DNA of 64,000 bases from positions 112,985,460-113,049,459 of the forward strand of contig NC_090375.1 in the NCBI RefSeq assembly GCF_036365525.1, read 5' to 3'. Numbering within the stretch: the first letter of the stretch is position 1; each line of letters begins with the position of its first letter. This DNA comes from Heterodontus francisci (lineage: Eukaryota). The notes beneath the pieces are model-generated. The model was given only the letters and a program-made list of their open reading frames with translations. It did not search any database and had not been told where the DNA came from. The position numbers and the translations under genes are program-made. This document shows, piece after piece, positions 51,047 through 64,000 of this stretch.

Positions 51047-51909
51047 GATCAACTCATCCAAACTGGGTTAATTTAAGACAATTTTGAATTAACCTGAAGT
51101 AGCCCATATGTGGAAAACAGATCTAAAATTTAAGTTAGCATGGACCACTGCTTATGTTTCAAATCTGAAAATCTTACTGCACCGGCACGCATTTCATCAT
51201 CTTCTCTACTAGTTCCTTTGTATTTGAAGATAAAGTCTGTGTGGTATTTGACCACATTCTTTTTTGGCAATGCTATCATCTGTGATTTTTATATATAATC
51301 CCAATAAGTTTTAACCACTGTATCATAAAAATATAGCAACAAGCATGGGCCATACTAATGTTTCATGAGCAGCTCCATAATGGAAACAAGTTCCTACAGT
51401 TTGTCCTTTTTATCTATTTATACACAGCTGCAATGGGGCAAGCAGTGGGGAGCCCTGTTTGTGCTGTGGCTCTATGTTTGTTCAGATTCATATCCTGGGG
51501 CAGTGGTTTGCTTTTTAGGGCAACAGACGGCTGGCTATCTGTAAACATTTGACCGCTCGTCAAGCTTCATTGCTGCAAACAGAATGACACAAATGAGCCT
51601 GTGGTCGCTGTTGTGCTTATGGCACAGGGAAAATCTATCACATCGATTTGCAAAATACAAAGTGCAACAGCACTGAAATTGAGCGTCTCCAGAAATAACC
51701 TGAATAATAACAACCTCACGTCCTTACATTTATATAATTTCATAACTCAACAGTTGTTTAATATTGTTACGTCACTAACATTATTATGGCTTGGTCACTT
51801 ATGCATAATGTTATGTACACATTGCATTAAAAAGATCAAAAGACTGGATGACAGGAAGCTAAGGCATTGTTGCATTGCTGAAAAAAGACAACAAACATGA
51901 GCATTCTAT

Positions 51910-52806
51910 TGTTATGAGCAGGTGAGATAGGGATAGGGGTTCCCTCTCAGCCTTTGCCTAGTCTAACCGTAACAGGATTTAATTTTAGAAACACTGTGTT
52001 TTCAGCTCCCTGCTCAGTGAATCCTTGTTCACTGCTTTGCAATTGTAAGGCAAAGAAATCAGACAGGTTTTCTTTGATTTAAACAAAAAAAGTGGAAGTT
52101 TATTAATCTTAAACTCTAATTCGGCTAACGACTACGAATATGCAATAAACACAAGCAGATAGAGACAGAAAAAGTAGAAAGAATAAAGGGGAAATGTTTG
52201 AGGCAATAGTCGGGTTGTAATTACAGTCCTTTGAGTTCAGTGTGGAGTCTTTGGCTGCGGCTGGCTATGTCTTGCTGTTCGTTGGGGCCCAGTGTATGCT
52301 TTAACTTGTTTCAATGTAGGAGTCTTCTCTCTATTGAGGTTTAAGTGACTTCAGTGGGTCCGGAGGTTTGTGAGAAAGCGAGAGAGAGCCAGCCAGGAGA
52401 GGCTGTATTGATCCAGTTTCAGTTGCTATCTCCAGTCTGACTTCAAACTATCCTGTGAGCACAGTTCAAAATTCCAAGCTGGCCAGCAGGTTAGTCATGT
52501 GACTAACTGTTTAAGCAGACTCCTGTGCTTGTGGCTTTCAAAGCTCTCGGTGGGGGGTGGGGTGTAATGCTGTCACTTACACCGACAAGATGTGGATCAC
52601 CATTGCCCAGACCAATCTCTGTTAATTGAATCAGTGAGCAATTCTTTTGTCTCTCCAAGCACTGTGTCTTATTATGCAAATGTTTTCCCAGCCACTGCTG
52701 ATCTCTTTAAACAAGTCATCTCTTCACTCCAGCAACAGTTTAAAATTAATGTTCATATGACAAAATTAATATGTCTCATTTTTGGCAGGTGGGGGTCTTC
52801 AGGACA
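51910..52806. mobile_element. Solo LTR (897 bp), probably Gypsy
   Basis: TGT...ACA ends with a 4-bp TSD ctat (51906-51909 / 52807-52810); tttatt (AATAAA on the minus strand) at about 52099. Confidence 0.65.
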
Positions 52807-53352
52807 CTATGGTATGTTTCAAAAGCATTTAGTGCTGAAAGATGAGATATGTGTAGTTTGAAAAAGTCCTGTACAATATTTTAATCTTTCACTGGCATAA
52901 CTTCTCTTTAAACTGGGTGCCACTGGCCAGCACTAACCAATCTATCAGTTTATTTGGTGACTTTTTTATTCGCATGTTTCTAAAAAACATTCTTCTTGCA
53001 CTGCAAAACAATTGACCTTTGTTCTGATAAATAAATAGCAATTTAGATAAAAACGCAAGGTGAGAAATTGCGATCTTTTGCACCTGCTTTTTGGGCTCCA
53101 TGAATGCCGTCAGAGCTCTAAAATTATGTCCATGGCATTTTTGCACACTTTGGGCTAGATTTAGTGAGGCCATCGAGGGCGGGATTGCTGGCAGGGGGTG
53201 GGGGGGGGGTGGGCAGGGGAATCGCCCGCTCAGAAATCGGCATCATGACATCAGTTTTGGATTTTGTCAGTGGCGGAAAAGCACAATGGCGACGCTCTTG
53301 CCGCAACACTCCAGGGAACCTATTTTAAATTGCTGAGATGCTGATTTAAATG

Positions 53353-54735
53353 CAGGGAACTACAGACCTGTTAGTTTGATGTCAGCAGTAGAGAAAATGT
53401 TAGAATCCATTATAAAGGATGTAATAACTAGACACTTCGAAAATAATATGATTGGGCAGAGTCAACATGGATTTGTGAAAGGGAAATCATGTTTGACAAA
53501 CCTGTTGGAGTTTTTTGAGGATGTAACTTGTAGCATAGATAAAGGAGAACCAGTGGATATGGTGTATTTGGATTTTCAGAAGGCTTTTGATAAGGTCCCA
53601 CACAGGAGGTTAGTAAACAAAATTAGAGCACATGGGATTGGGGGTGAAATACTGTAATGGATTGAGAATTGGTTAACAGACAGAAAACAGAGTAAGAATA
53701 AATAGATCATTCTCAGGATGGCAGGCTGTTACTAGTGGGGTTTCACAAGGATCAGTGCTGGGGCCACAGCTGTTCATAATCTACATAAATGATTTGGATG
53801 TGGCGACCAAATGCAATATTCCCAAATTTGCTGATGACACAAAAGTAGAGTGGAATGTAAGTTGTGAGGAGGATGCAAGGAGGGTTCAAGGGGACTTGGA
53901 CAGGCTAAGTGAATGGGCAAGAACATGGCAGATGGAATATAATGTGAACAAGTGTTAAGTTATCCACTTTGGTAGAAGAAACAGAAAGACAGAGTATTTC
54001 TTAAATGGTGAGAGGTTGGGAAGTGTTGATGTCCAAAGGGACCTGGGTGTCCTTGTTCATGAGTCACTAAAAGCAAGCATGCAGGTGCAGCAGGCAAATA
54101 AGAAGGCAAATGCTATGTCGGCCTTCATCGCAAGGGGTTTTGAGTACCAGAGTAAAGAAGTCTTGCTGCAATTGTGTAGAGCCTTGGTGAGACCGCACCT
54201 GGAGTTTTGTGTACAGTTCTGGTCTCCTCATCGCGGGAAAGATATACTTGCCATAGAGGGAGTGCAATGTAGGTTCACCAGACTAATCCCTGGGATGGCA
54301 AGATTGTCTTGTGAGGAGAGATTGAGGAAACTGGGCCTGTATTCTCTAGCATTTTCAAGAATGAGAGGTGATCTCAGTGAAGCTTACAAAATACTTACGG
54401 GGCATGACAGGGTGGATGTAGATGTTTCCCCTGGCTGGTGAGTCGAGAACCAGGGGACATAGTCTTCGAATAAGGGGTAGGCCATTTAAGACTGAGATGA
54501 GGAAGAATTTCTTTACTCAGAGGGTGGTGAATCTTTGGAATTCTCTACCCCAGAGGGCTGTGAAAGCTCAATCATTGAGCATGTTCAAGATAGAAAATCA
54601 ATAGATGTCTGGATACTAATGACATCAAGCAGTATGGGGCTAGTGTGGGAAAGTGGCATTGAGGTAGATGATCAGCCATTATCTAATTGAATGGCAGAGC
54701 AGGCGCAATGGGCTGAATGGTCTACTCCTGTTTCT
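53353..54735 (+). mobile_element. CR1 LINE 3' fragment
   Basis: QSQHGFVKGKSCLTNL, DFQKAFDKV, FADDTK, FFTQRVVNLWN; tail gggctgaatggtctactcctgtt. Confidence 0.92.
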
Positions 54736-55932
54736 AAGTGAGAATGCAGGGGACCTTCCACAGGTCCAGAAGAAAGGTGCAGAGGGTAGGAATGATTCCC
54801 GAAGACCTGTGTGTTGCCACTATATTAATGCAGGGATTGTGAAAGTCAGCTGTTGGAAATTGAAGGGGAAACCAATGGGTTTCGTTGGGGTTCACAAGGC
54901 CAGTGCAGGAAAGGATGCCCTAACAGGTGGCACAGCGGACAAGTCCGTGGCCCTAATCATGATGATTTACCCCTCTAGAAATACTGCCATGGATGCAGTA
55001 GAAACAGACAAAATCCCCAAGGGTTGCCAGGGTTTTGTCTTCAAGGGAAAGATGTTCCCATACCCCTCTAATAAGATGCGCAAGTCAATTGTCCTGCTCA
55101 GGGATACAGGGACCACTCAACCATTAATGCTGGGTTCCCTTCCCGCCAGATACTTCAATGAATGTGAAGGTTCTGGTAAAAGGCAATGAAGGCGTATACG
55201 TGCCCATACCCCTACATCTGTTTCACTAACAGTGCAACCTAGTCTCTGGACTGGTTACAGGAGGGGTTGTCCTGTCTGCCTGTGATTGCAGTAGACTTGC
55301 TGTTGAGTAATGATTTGGCTGGGGGTAAAGTGATAGTTTCCCCGGTAGTCTTAGACAAACCAAATGAAGCCATGGAGACGGAACAGTTACAGGAGGAAGT
55401 CCCTAGAATATTCCCTAACTATGTAATCACCAACTCCATGGCTAAGCGAGCTCTGCTAGAGAGAGCTGAGCCAGTAATTCGGACAGGTGACTGGCCAAGA
55501 CATTTTGTGGGGATTTTGGTGAAGAGAAGGAGGTGTTCAGCAGATCCTCCTTGATTGAGGCTCAAAAGGCAGATCCCGACTTAAAAAGAATAGTTCAGAC
55601 CACCTGTTCCGAGGCAGAGGCAGAAGGAGTTCCAGAGTGCTATTACTTGAATAACGGGGTAGTGATGAGAAAATGGAGACCTCCTCAGTGACCTGCAGAG
55701 GAGGAGTGGACAGCGGTGCACCAAAGTTTAGCCCCTCCTGGCTATCGAAGGAAAATCTTGAGGATTGCCCACAAAATCCCGACGGCTTGGCACGTGGCTA
55801 TCTGAAAGACCCAGGCCCGGATAAGACAGCACTTTCATTGGCCTCACCTCCACAAAGATGTGGTTGAATTCTGTAGGACTTGCCACATCTGTCAGGCTGT
55901 AGGGAAACCACAACCTGCAATCAAGCCCACCA

Positions 55933-58900
55933 ATACTATATTAAAAGGTCTACAGTTTTTTTAATATAGTAGGTAGTGTTTTCTTTAGGGAATCAAGGAC
56001 CCTCATGTAAATAATCTAATTTTGGGGTATTTTAAGGGGATAAATTACGGGTAAGTAATGGCAGGGCAGCTCAGCAGTGGAATGCTCCTCCTGTGCAATG
56101 TGGGAAGTCAGGGACACTTCCAGTGTCCAGGGTGAACACGTGTGCAGGAAGTGTCTCCAGCTGCAGCTACTCAAATTCCACGTTTCGGATCAGGAGCGGC
56201 GGCTGGAGAGACTGTGGAGCATCCGTGAGGCTGAGATCGTCATGGATAGCACGTACAGGGAGGTGGTCACACCGCAGGTAAAGACTGCTCGGGCAGAAAG
56301 GGAATGGGTGACCGCAAGGAAGAGTAGAAGAACTAGGAAGGTAGTCCAGGAGTCCGCTGGCTCCATTTCCCTATCTAACAGATTTTCCACTTTGGATACT
56401 GTTCGGGGAGATAGCTTCTCAGGGGAATGCAGCAAGAGCCACGTTCATGGCACCATGGGTGGCTCAGTTGCACAGGAGGGAAGGAAAAGGAGTGGAAGAA
56501 CTATAGTAATAGGGGATTCTATCGTAAGGGGTACAGATAGGCGTTTCTGTGACTGCAAACGTGACTCCAGGATGGTATGTTGCCTCCCTGGTGCTTGGGT
56601 CAAGGACGTCATGGAGCAACTGCAGGACATTCTGAAGGGGGAGGGTGAACAGTCAGAGGTTATGGTACACATTGGTACCAACGACATAGGTAGAAAGAGG
56701 GATGAGGTCCTGCAACAAGAATTTAGCGAGCTAGGTAGCAGATTAAAAAGCAGTACCTCAAAGGTTATAATCTCTGGATTACTCCCGGTGCCACATGCTA
56801 GTGAGTATAGGAATAGGAGGCTGGAGCAGATGAATGCATAGCTGAGGAGATGGTACAGGAGGGACGGCTTTAGTTTCCTGCATCACTGGGTCTGCTTCTG
56901 GCAAATGTAGGACCTGTACAAGTTGGACGGGTTGCACCTGAGCTGGAACAGGACCAATATCCTTGCTGGGAGTTTTGAAAGTGCTGTTGGGGGGGTGGCG
57001 GTTAAACTAATTTGGCAGGGGGGTTGGATACAGAGTGGAGGTACAGTAGGGGGTGACGCACAGTCAAATATAGAAGGGAAAGTGAGTCAGTCTGGAAGGC
57101 AGAGAAAATATAGACCTGTTAAGGCACAAGTGAAAAATGCAAGGCTGGATTGTATCTATTTTAATGCAAGGACTCTTACCAGTAAGGCAGATGAATTGAG
57201 GGCATTGATTAGCACACAGGATTATGATATTATTGCTGTCAGAAACATGGTTGAAGTAGGGGCAGGACTGGCAGCTCAATATTCCAGGGTATAGAATCTA
57301 CAGGCAAGACAGGGGAGGGGGTAAAACAGGAGGTGGCATTGCACTGTTGATCAAGGAGTCAATTACTGCAGTAAGGAGGGATGATATCTTAGAAGGTTCC
57401 TCAAATGAGGCCATATGGGTAGCACTTAAAAACAAAAAGGGGGCAATCACTTGGCTGGGAGTGTACTATAGGCCTCCAAACAGTCAGGGAGAGATAGAGG
57501 AGCAGGTATGTAAGCAAATCTCAGAGAGGTGCAAAAATAATAGGGTAATAATAGTAGGGGATTTCAACTTCCCAATATTAACTGGGATAGTCTTAGTGAA
57601 AAAGGCTTAAAGGGGGCGGAATTCTTAAAATGTATACAGGGGAGCTTTTTCAGCCAGCATGTAGAAAGTCCTACAAGAGAAGGGGCAGTACTGGAACTAA
57701 TCCCAGAGGATGAAGCCAGACAAGTAGTAGAAGTGTCAGTGGGGGAGCATTTTGGGGATAGTGACCATAACTCTGGAAGATTTAAGGTAGTTATGAAAAA
57801 GGACAAAGATGGACCGGAAATAAAGATACTGAATTAGGGGAAGGCTGATTTCAATATGATAAAACAGGATCTGGCCAAAGTGGACTGGGAGCAGCTACTG
57901 GTAGGAAAGTCTACATCAGACCAGTGGGAGTCATTCAAAGAGGAAATAGTGAGAGTTCAGAGTCAACATGTTCCCGTAAAGGTGAAGGGTAGGACCAACA
58001 AGTCCAGGGAACCCTGCATGTCAAGGGATATAGAGGTTTGGATGAGGAAGAAAAAAAGGAGGCTTATGGCAGATTCAGAGTGCTGAAAACAGCAGAGGCC
58101 CTAGAGGAGTATAGAAAGTGTAGGGGTGGTACTTAAAAAAGTAATTAGGGGAGCAAACAGGGGACAGGAAAAAACACTGGCGGGCAAGATAAAGGAAAAT
58201 CCTAAGACGTTTTATAAGTATATTAAGGGCAAGAGGATAACCACGGAAGAGTAGGCAATGTGTGTGTGGAGCCGGAGGACATAGGTGAGGTTTTAAATGA
58301 TTATTTTCATCTGTGTTCACTGTGGAGAAGGACGATGTAGGGATCAGGGAAGGGAATTGTGATAAACTTGAACATATTAGCTTTGAAAGGGAGGAAGCAT
58401 TAGCTGTTTTAGCTAAAAAGTGGATAAATCCCCAGGCCCAAACGAGCTGGATCCCAGGCTGTTATGTGAGGCAAGGGAGGAGATAGCAGGGGCTCTGACA
58501 CAAATTTTCAAATCCTTTCTGGCCACAGGAGAGGTAACAGAGGATTGGAGGACAGCAAATGTGGTACCATTATTCAAGAAGGGTAGCAGGGATAAAAGAA
58601 ATAATTACAGGCCGGTGAGTCTAACATCAGTGGTTGGGAAACTACTGAAAAAAAGTTCTGAGGGACAGGATTAATCTCCACTTGGAGAGGCACGGATTAA
58701 TCAGTGATAGTCAGCATGGCTTTGGCAGGGGGAGATCGTGTCTAACTAACTTGACTGAATTTTTTCGAGGAGGTGACTAGATGTGTAGATGAGGGTAAAG
58801 CAATTGATGTAGTCTACATGAACGTCAGTAAGACTTTTGATAAGGTCCCGCATGGGAGATTGGTTAAGAAGGTAAGAGCCCATGGGATCCAGGGCAATTT

Positions 58901-59994
58901 AGCAAATTGGATCCAAAATTGGCTTAGTGGCAGGAGGCAGAGGTTGATGTTCGAGGGTTGTTTTTGCAAGTGGAAGTCTGTGACCAGTGGTGTATCACAG
59001 GGGTCGGTGCTGGGACCCTTGCTGTATGTAGTGTACATTGATGATTTAGATGTGAATATAGGAAGTATGATCAGTATGTTCTCAGATGACACAAAAATTG
59101 GTGGTGTCATAAATCGTGAGGAAGAAAGCCTTAAATTACAGAACGATATAGATGGGCTGGTAAGATGGGCGGAGCAGTGGCAAATGGAATTTAATCCTGA
59201 GAAGGGTGAGGTGATGCATTTTGGCAGGACTAACAAGGCAAGGGAATATACCATGGATGGTAGGACCCTAGGAAGTACAGAGGGTCAGAGGGACCTTGGT
59301 GTACTTGTCCATAGATCACTGAAGGCAGCAGCACAGGTAGATAAGATGGTTAGGAAAGCATATGGATACTTGCCTTTATTAGCCGAGGCATCGAATATAA
59401 GAGCAGGGAGGTTATGATGGAGCTGTATAAAATGCTAGTTAGGCCACAGCTGTTGTACTGTGTACAGTTCTGGGCACCACACGATAGGAAGGATGTGATT
59501 GCACTGGAGAGGGTGCAGAGGAGATTCACTAGGATGTTGCCTGGGCTGGACCATTTCAGCTATGAAGAGAGACTGAAAAGGCTAGGGTTGTTTTCCTTAG
59601 TGCAGAGAAGGCTGAGGGGGGACATGACTGAGGTATACAAAATTATGAGGGGCATTGATAGGTTAGATAGGAAGAAACTTTTTTCTTAGCGCAGGGGTCA
59701 ATAACCGGGGGCATAGATTTAAGGTAAGGGGCAGGAGGTTTAGAGGAGATTCAAGGAAAATATTTTTCACTCAGAGGGTGGTTGGAATCTGGAACGCACT
59801 GACTGAAGCAGTGAGGCAGGAACCCTCACAACATTTAAGAAGTATTTAGATGAGCACTTGAAACGCCATAGCATCCAACGCTATGGGCCAAGTGCTGGAA
59901 AATGGGATAAGAATAGTTAGGTGCTTGATAGCTGGCACAGACATGATGGGCCGAAGGGCCTGTTTCTGTGCTGTATAACGCTATGACTCTATGA
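55933..59994 (+). mobile_element. Near full-length degenerate CR1 inserted in the Gmr1 integrase
   Basis: ORF1 CSSC..CRKC and GDSIVRG; endonuclease GDFN; RT FSDDTK; (ctatgact) tail. Integrase homology stops before and resumes after it. Confidence 0.93.
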
Positions 59995-62660
59995 CACCTA
60001 TACCTGCTTTTGATGAACCCTTTAGCAGCGTTCTGATAGATTGTGTGGGACCCTTACCAAGAACCAGGATGGGTTTTCAATTCCTCTTAACTATCGTGGA
60101 CCTGGCCACCCAATTCCCAGAGGCCATACCCCTAAGAAAAATCACAGCAGAAGCTGTGGTTGAGGGGCTGACCCAGTTTTCACCTGCTACAAACTGCCTA
60201 AAGAAATCCAATCAGATCAAGGGTCAAATTTTATGTCCTGTGTATTCCAGGAGGTTATACATAGACTCGGCATTGAACAGTTAAAATCTTCAGCATACCA
60301 CCCACAGTCACGGGGACTCTGGAACGGTATCACTAAACCCTGAAAACCATGATCAGGGTGAGTACCCCAATGATTGGGACAAGGGGTTAGCTTTTTTGCT
60401 GTTTGTCAGTAGAGATTCACCCAGTCGACAGGCTTCAGTCTGTTCAAACTGGTCTATGGGCATGAGGTGACAGGCCCCTTAAGCAGATCAAGGAAAAATT
60501 GCTAGATAAAAGGGAGGAGACCTCATTGTTGAATTATGTGTCAGCCTTCTGCAAGAGACTCTCTAAAGAATGTGCTGAGGCTAAGGAACACCTTATAGCC
60601 TCTCAGCAGAACATGAAAAGGCAGGCAAACAGACATGCTGAGGCTCCGACATTTAAACCAGGGGATCAGGTTCTGGTGCTGTTGCCGTTACAGGACGAAC
60701 CCGCTGAAAGCCAGGTCTAGTGGCGCGTACTGCATGGGGAAAAAGATAAGTGAGGCCAATTACTTGATTAACACCCCTGACCAGAGAAAGAAACAACGGC
60801 TCTGTCACATGAACATGTTGAGATATTATAATCAGGAACAAGACAAATTGGCGAATGTATGCCAGGTAATGGGGACAGATGAGGATGGAAACAATAGTAA
60901 GGAGGAGCTGGGGGAAGAAGGGAAAATTCTCAGATTGAACCCCCTACTGTGAACCTAACTGACACAGAAGTCTTAGGGAGGCTAGACACAGTACCAACTG
61001 AGCCCTGATAAATTGGCTCAAGTCTGAGAGTAGATTCAATACATGTTAGACAATGACCTAATTGAACCTAGTCAAAGCAGCTGGAGTTCTCCTATTGTAT
61101 TGGTTCCTAAGCTGGACAGTTCCAAGAGACTCTGCATTGACTACCGGAAAGTTAATGCAGTGACCCGAACTGATTCATACCTGATTCCTTGCATTTAGGA
61201 ATGTATTGACCCGGTGGATAACTGCGCTTACATTAATACCATTTACTTATTGAAAGGGTATTGGCAAGTGCCCATCACCATCCAAGCTAAGGAAATATCG
61301 GCTTTTGTAACACCTGATGGTCTATTCCAATGCAAGGTCATGCCATTCACTTTAAAGAACACCCCAGCTATGTTTCAAAGATTGACAAATCAAGAGGTGG
61401 CTGGCTTAGGGAACTGTGTTGTATACATTGATGACCTTTTGGTCTATAACGACACCTGGGAAGACCACCTAAATAATTTAAGGGTGTTATACAAAGGTCT
61501 ACAAGGTGCTAACTCAGAGGTAAATTTAGCCAAAACAGTGTTCACTAAGGCCAAACTGACCTACATGTGACATGTTGTAGGTTAAGGTCGGGTGTTGCCC
61601 AGAGCAGAAAAAGTACAATCCTTGATGGATTTCCCCTTTCCCAAGACCGAGAGAGAGATAATGCAATTCCTGGGGATGTGTGGATTCTATAGAAAATTCA
61701 TCCCTAATTTCAGCACCCTAGCTGCACTGTTGACCGATTTATTAAAGAAAAATGCCAAGAGAGCATGGTCAAAACAGCATCAGAAGGCTTTTGAGAAATT
61801 GAGGCCCATTCTAACAAATGAACCTGTGTTAGCAGTCCCAAACTTTAACCGATCTTTCAGGGTGGCTATTGATGTGAGTAATGTGGAAGTAAGAGCTGTC
61901 TTACTCCAGAAAGATGACTCGGCTATTGAGAGACCAATTGGCTATTTTTATAAAAAGTTAAATAAACATCAGCAAAAATATTCCACAGTAGAAAATGAGG
62001 CTTTGGGACTTCTGTTAGGCCTTCAACATTTTGATGTCTATGTTAATAACGGATACAGGGAGATATTAATATATACTGACCAAAATCTACAGCTTTCCTG
62101 GAGAAACTTCAAGTCAACAGCACCAGGCTGTTCAGATGGAGTTTACTCCTGCAGCCGTTTAACTTAAAAATTATGCATATTGCTGGGAAAAATAAAGTAA
62201 TTGCGGACACACTGTCCAGAATTTAAATAGACAAAGTGCCACCAGTAACCTGTGAAAGGCCCAGTGACTGTAACGCAGAGGAATGCATGTGAGTGAATGC
62301 ATGTAGATGTTTGCTATCATATGTATTCATTTTTATTTCCTTCTATGATGTAAAACAAAATAAAATATCAAAGAAGTCATTTTTTACCTTTTTGCAGGGA
62401 GGTGTCATGCTCATGCAATAGGAACTTATGAGCTATAAATATGAACTTATGAAGTATAAACCCAAAATGGACACTTTCCTGTAAAACAAAATGGACTTGA
62501 GAGGTCAGATGGCCTTTTCTTTCCTTCCAATGCACATGGAACTGCAAGAACCCCAGCTAATTTTCATGTCTGGCAAGTCTTGGAGAAGATATTAAAATGC
62601 TGTGGTAATGGCTGCATTTCTTCAACTAATTTTTAAAAATGGATTCACAATACTGTTGTA

Positions 62661-63663
62661 TGTTAAACTCCAGAAAGCTTGTTGTGGAAGGATATTGCTG
62701 GAGCCTATCTTTACTCAGTTTCATATTTATCATACAGAGTAAAAGGATTACAAACAGTCTCAGTAAGTGTCTGCTTATAATTGCTCAAGTAAGACCCCAA
62801 TTAACACCCTTCACATGCAGATAATCAAACAATTGATACACAACTAACAGATTAACAGATTCCCTTCTTCCTTTTATAATACAATGTGTATTAACATGCT
62901 CAAAGAACAATTCAAAATAAATCCAAATGAATTCCATATTGGATACAACGTATTACATTGTGAGACGCACCTCCTGTAGCACCCCGAACAGTTTTTTTAT
63001 ACTAGTATTTCTTTTTGTGAAACAATCGGATAGCTGATGACTTGCATCTACCCATTTAAGTTTGGAGATTTCCTTTCTCTCCAGCATTTGTCTCAATCCA
63101 GCAAGGTCAATATGTAGTCTTTGCTCAAACACACTTTTTGTAGAGTGTACATTGTCCCACAAAGAACAATTATCCATATAACATTCAATGGATATCCTAT
63201 TTTCAGTATGTCCCTTGTTCAGAATTTCACCCAAAATATTTGACAAATAGAACCCTATGTCCACTGCCTCCATGGTTCATATGGTTCACACTCAGAACAT
63301 CAGAGGGTAATCATACCCGGACAACTTACATTTCTTTCTGCCATATTTTCCATAATAGCCCATGAGATTTTAGTTTTCTATGTACAAAAAAATCCTAGTT
63401 GCCAATCTTCAGCTTTAGGCAACCATCCTCTGTTACTATGTTAAATTCATGAAAGCTTGTTATGGAAGAATAATGCTGGAGCCTATCTTTACTCAGTTTC
63501 ATATTTATCATACAGAGTAAAAGGATTACAAACATGTAGCTCCTCACTCAAACCCTCCACCAGTCTCAGTAAGTGTCCCCTTATAAGTGCTCAAATAAGA
63601 CCCCAATTAGCACCCTCTACCTGCATATAATCAAACAATTGATACAAAATTAACAGATTAACA
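62661..63663 (-). mobile_element. Internally deleted Ty1/Copia element with two LTRs, PBS and PPT
   Basis: LTRs 62661-62857 and 63439-63663 (TGTTAA..TTAACA); TSD ttgta/ttgca; PBS TAGTAACAGAGGATGGTT resembling tRNA-iMet (63438-63421); PPT AAAAGGAAGAAGGGA beside the 3' LTR. Confidence 0.9.
62953..63273 (-). pseudogene. Copia RNase H C-terminal remnant
   Basis: CYMDNCSL...RLHIDL...KWVDASHQLSDCFTK matches the Copia RNase H (HID...QLAD.FTK) pattern. Confidence 0.85.
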
Positions 63664-64000
63664 TTGCAGACTCTTCAACTCCAAACTTAAAATCTAGAAA
63701 ATGGGTGTGGAAAGCTCTGTTTTATCCAAATAGTATTTGGATGAGTGATACCCGCACTCCATCATCTGACAATGGCCTAACCATCAGAAACTTTTTATGA
63801 AGACAATGGAAGAGGAGATATTGTCATATGACAAAAACTAGGTTTCTGATAAGGAGTTTTAAAAGGCATATTATGAGTAGATCAAGACAGAAACATCTAT
63901 GCCAATGAAGAGTAAAGACCCTGTCTAAAACCACCAGCGTTAAGCCACATGTAGGAAAAAACTTGAGTTGGCCGTGAACTCTCCATCTGAGGAACCATAC

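Larger units (their letters stand above)
54740..64000 (+). mobile_element. Gmr1-type Gypsy retrotransposon (order gag-PR-IN-RT-RH), degenerate, with CR1 and Copia nested
   Basis: Protease LRDTG (about 55100); integrase HHCC (55770-55890) and core IDCVGPLP / YHPQS (59995-60350) lie upstream of RT (DYRKVN, YIDDL 61130-61440) and RNase H (61592-62226). Short purine tract then TGTCATG 3' LTR from 62403. Confidence 0.9.

Overview
Eukaryotic, transposon-saturated vertebrate DNA, most likely a cartilaginous fish (inferred from HE1-type V-SINEs, Deu-domain SINEs and esterase-ORF1 CR1 LINEs). No confidently identifiable host gene; one weak terminal-exon candidate lies at 24181-24506 (-). The window is a stack of nested, mostly degenerate retroelements: a Gypsy element (1-6495, -) containing a Copia solo LTR that contains a Penelope-like element; many CR1 LINEs, two near full length; a second LINE family; a 5.6-kb 28-bp satellite; a decayed provirus (31619-44490); a Gmr1-type Gypsy with integrase before RT; and an internally deleted two-LTR Copia. 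Most notable: (1) the provirus has a tRNA-Ser PBS, a retroviral-type integrase and an env that looks like an F-type fusion protein (lokiretrovirus-like); (2) Penelope termini carry a minimal hammerhead-ribozyme motif, and short fold-back derivatives with their own TSDs break at that motif; (3) the satellite unit is CACAGTG+12+9 nt, the length of a 12-RSS. All assignments are by eye; no searches were run.
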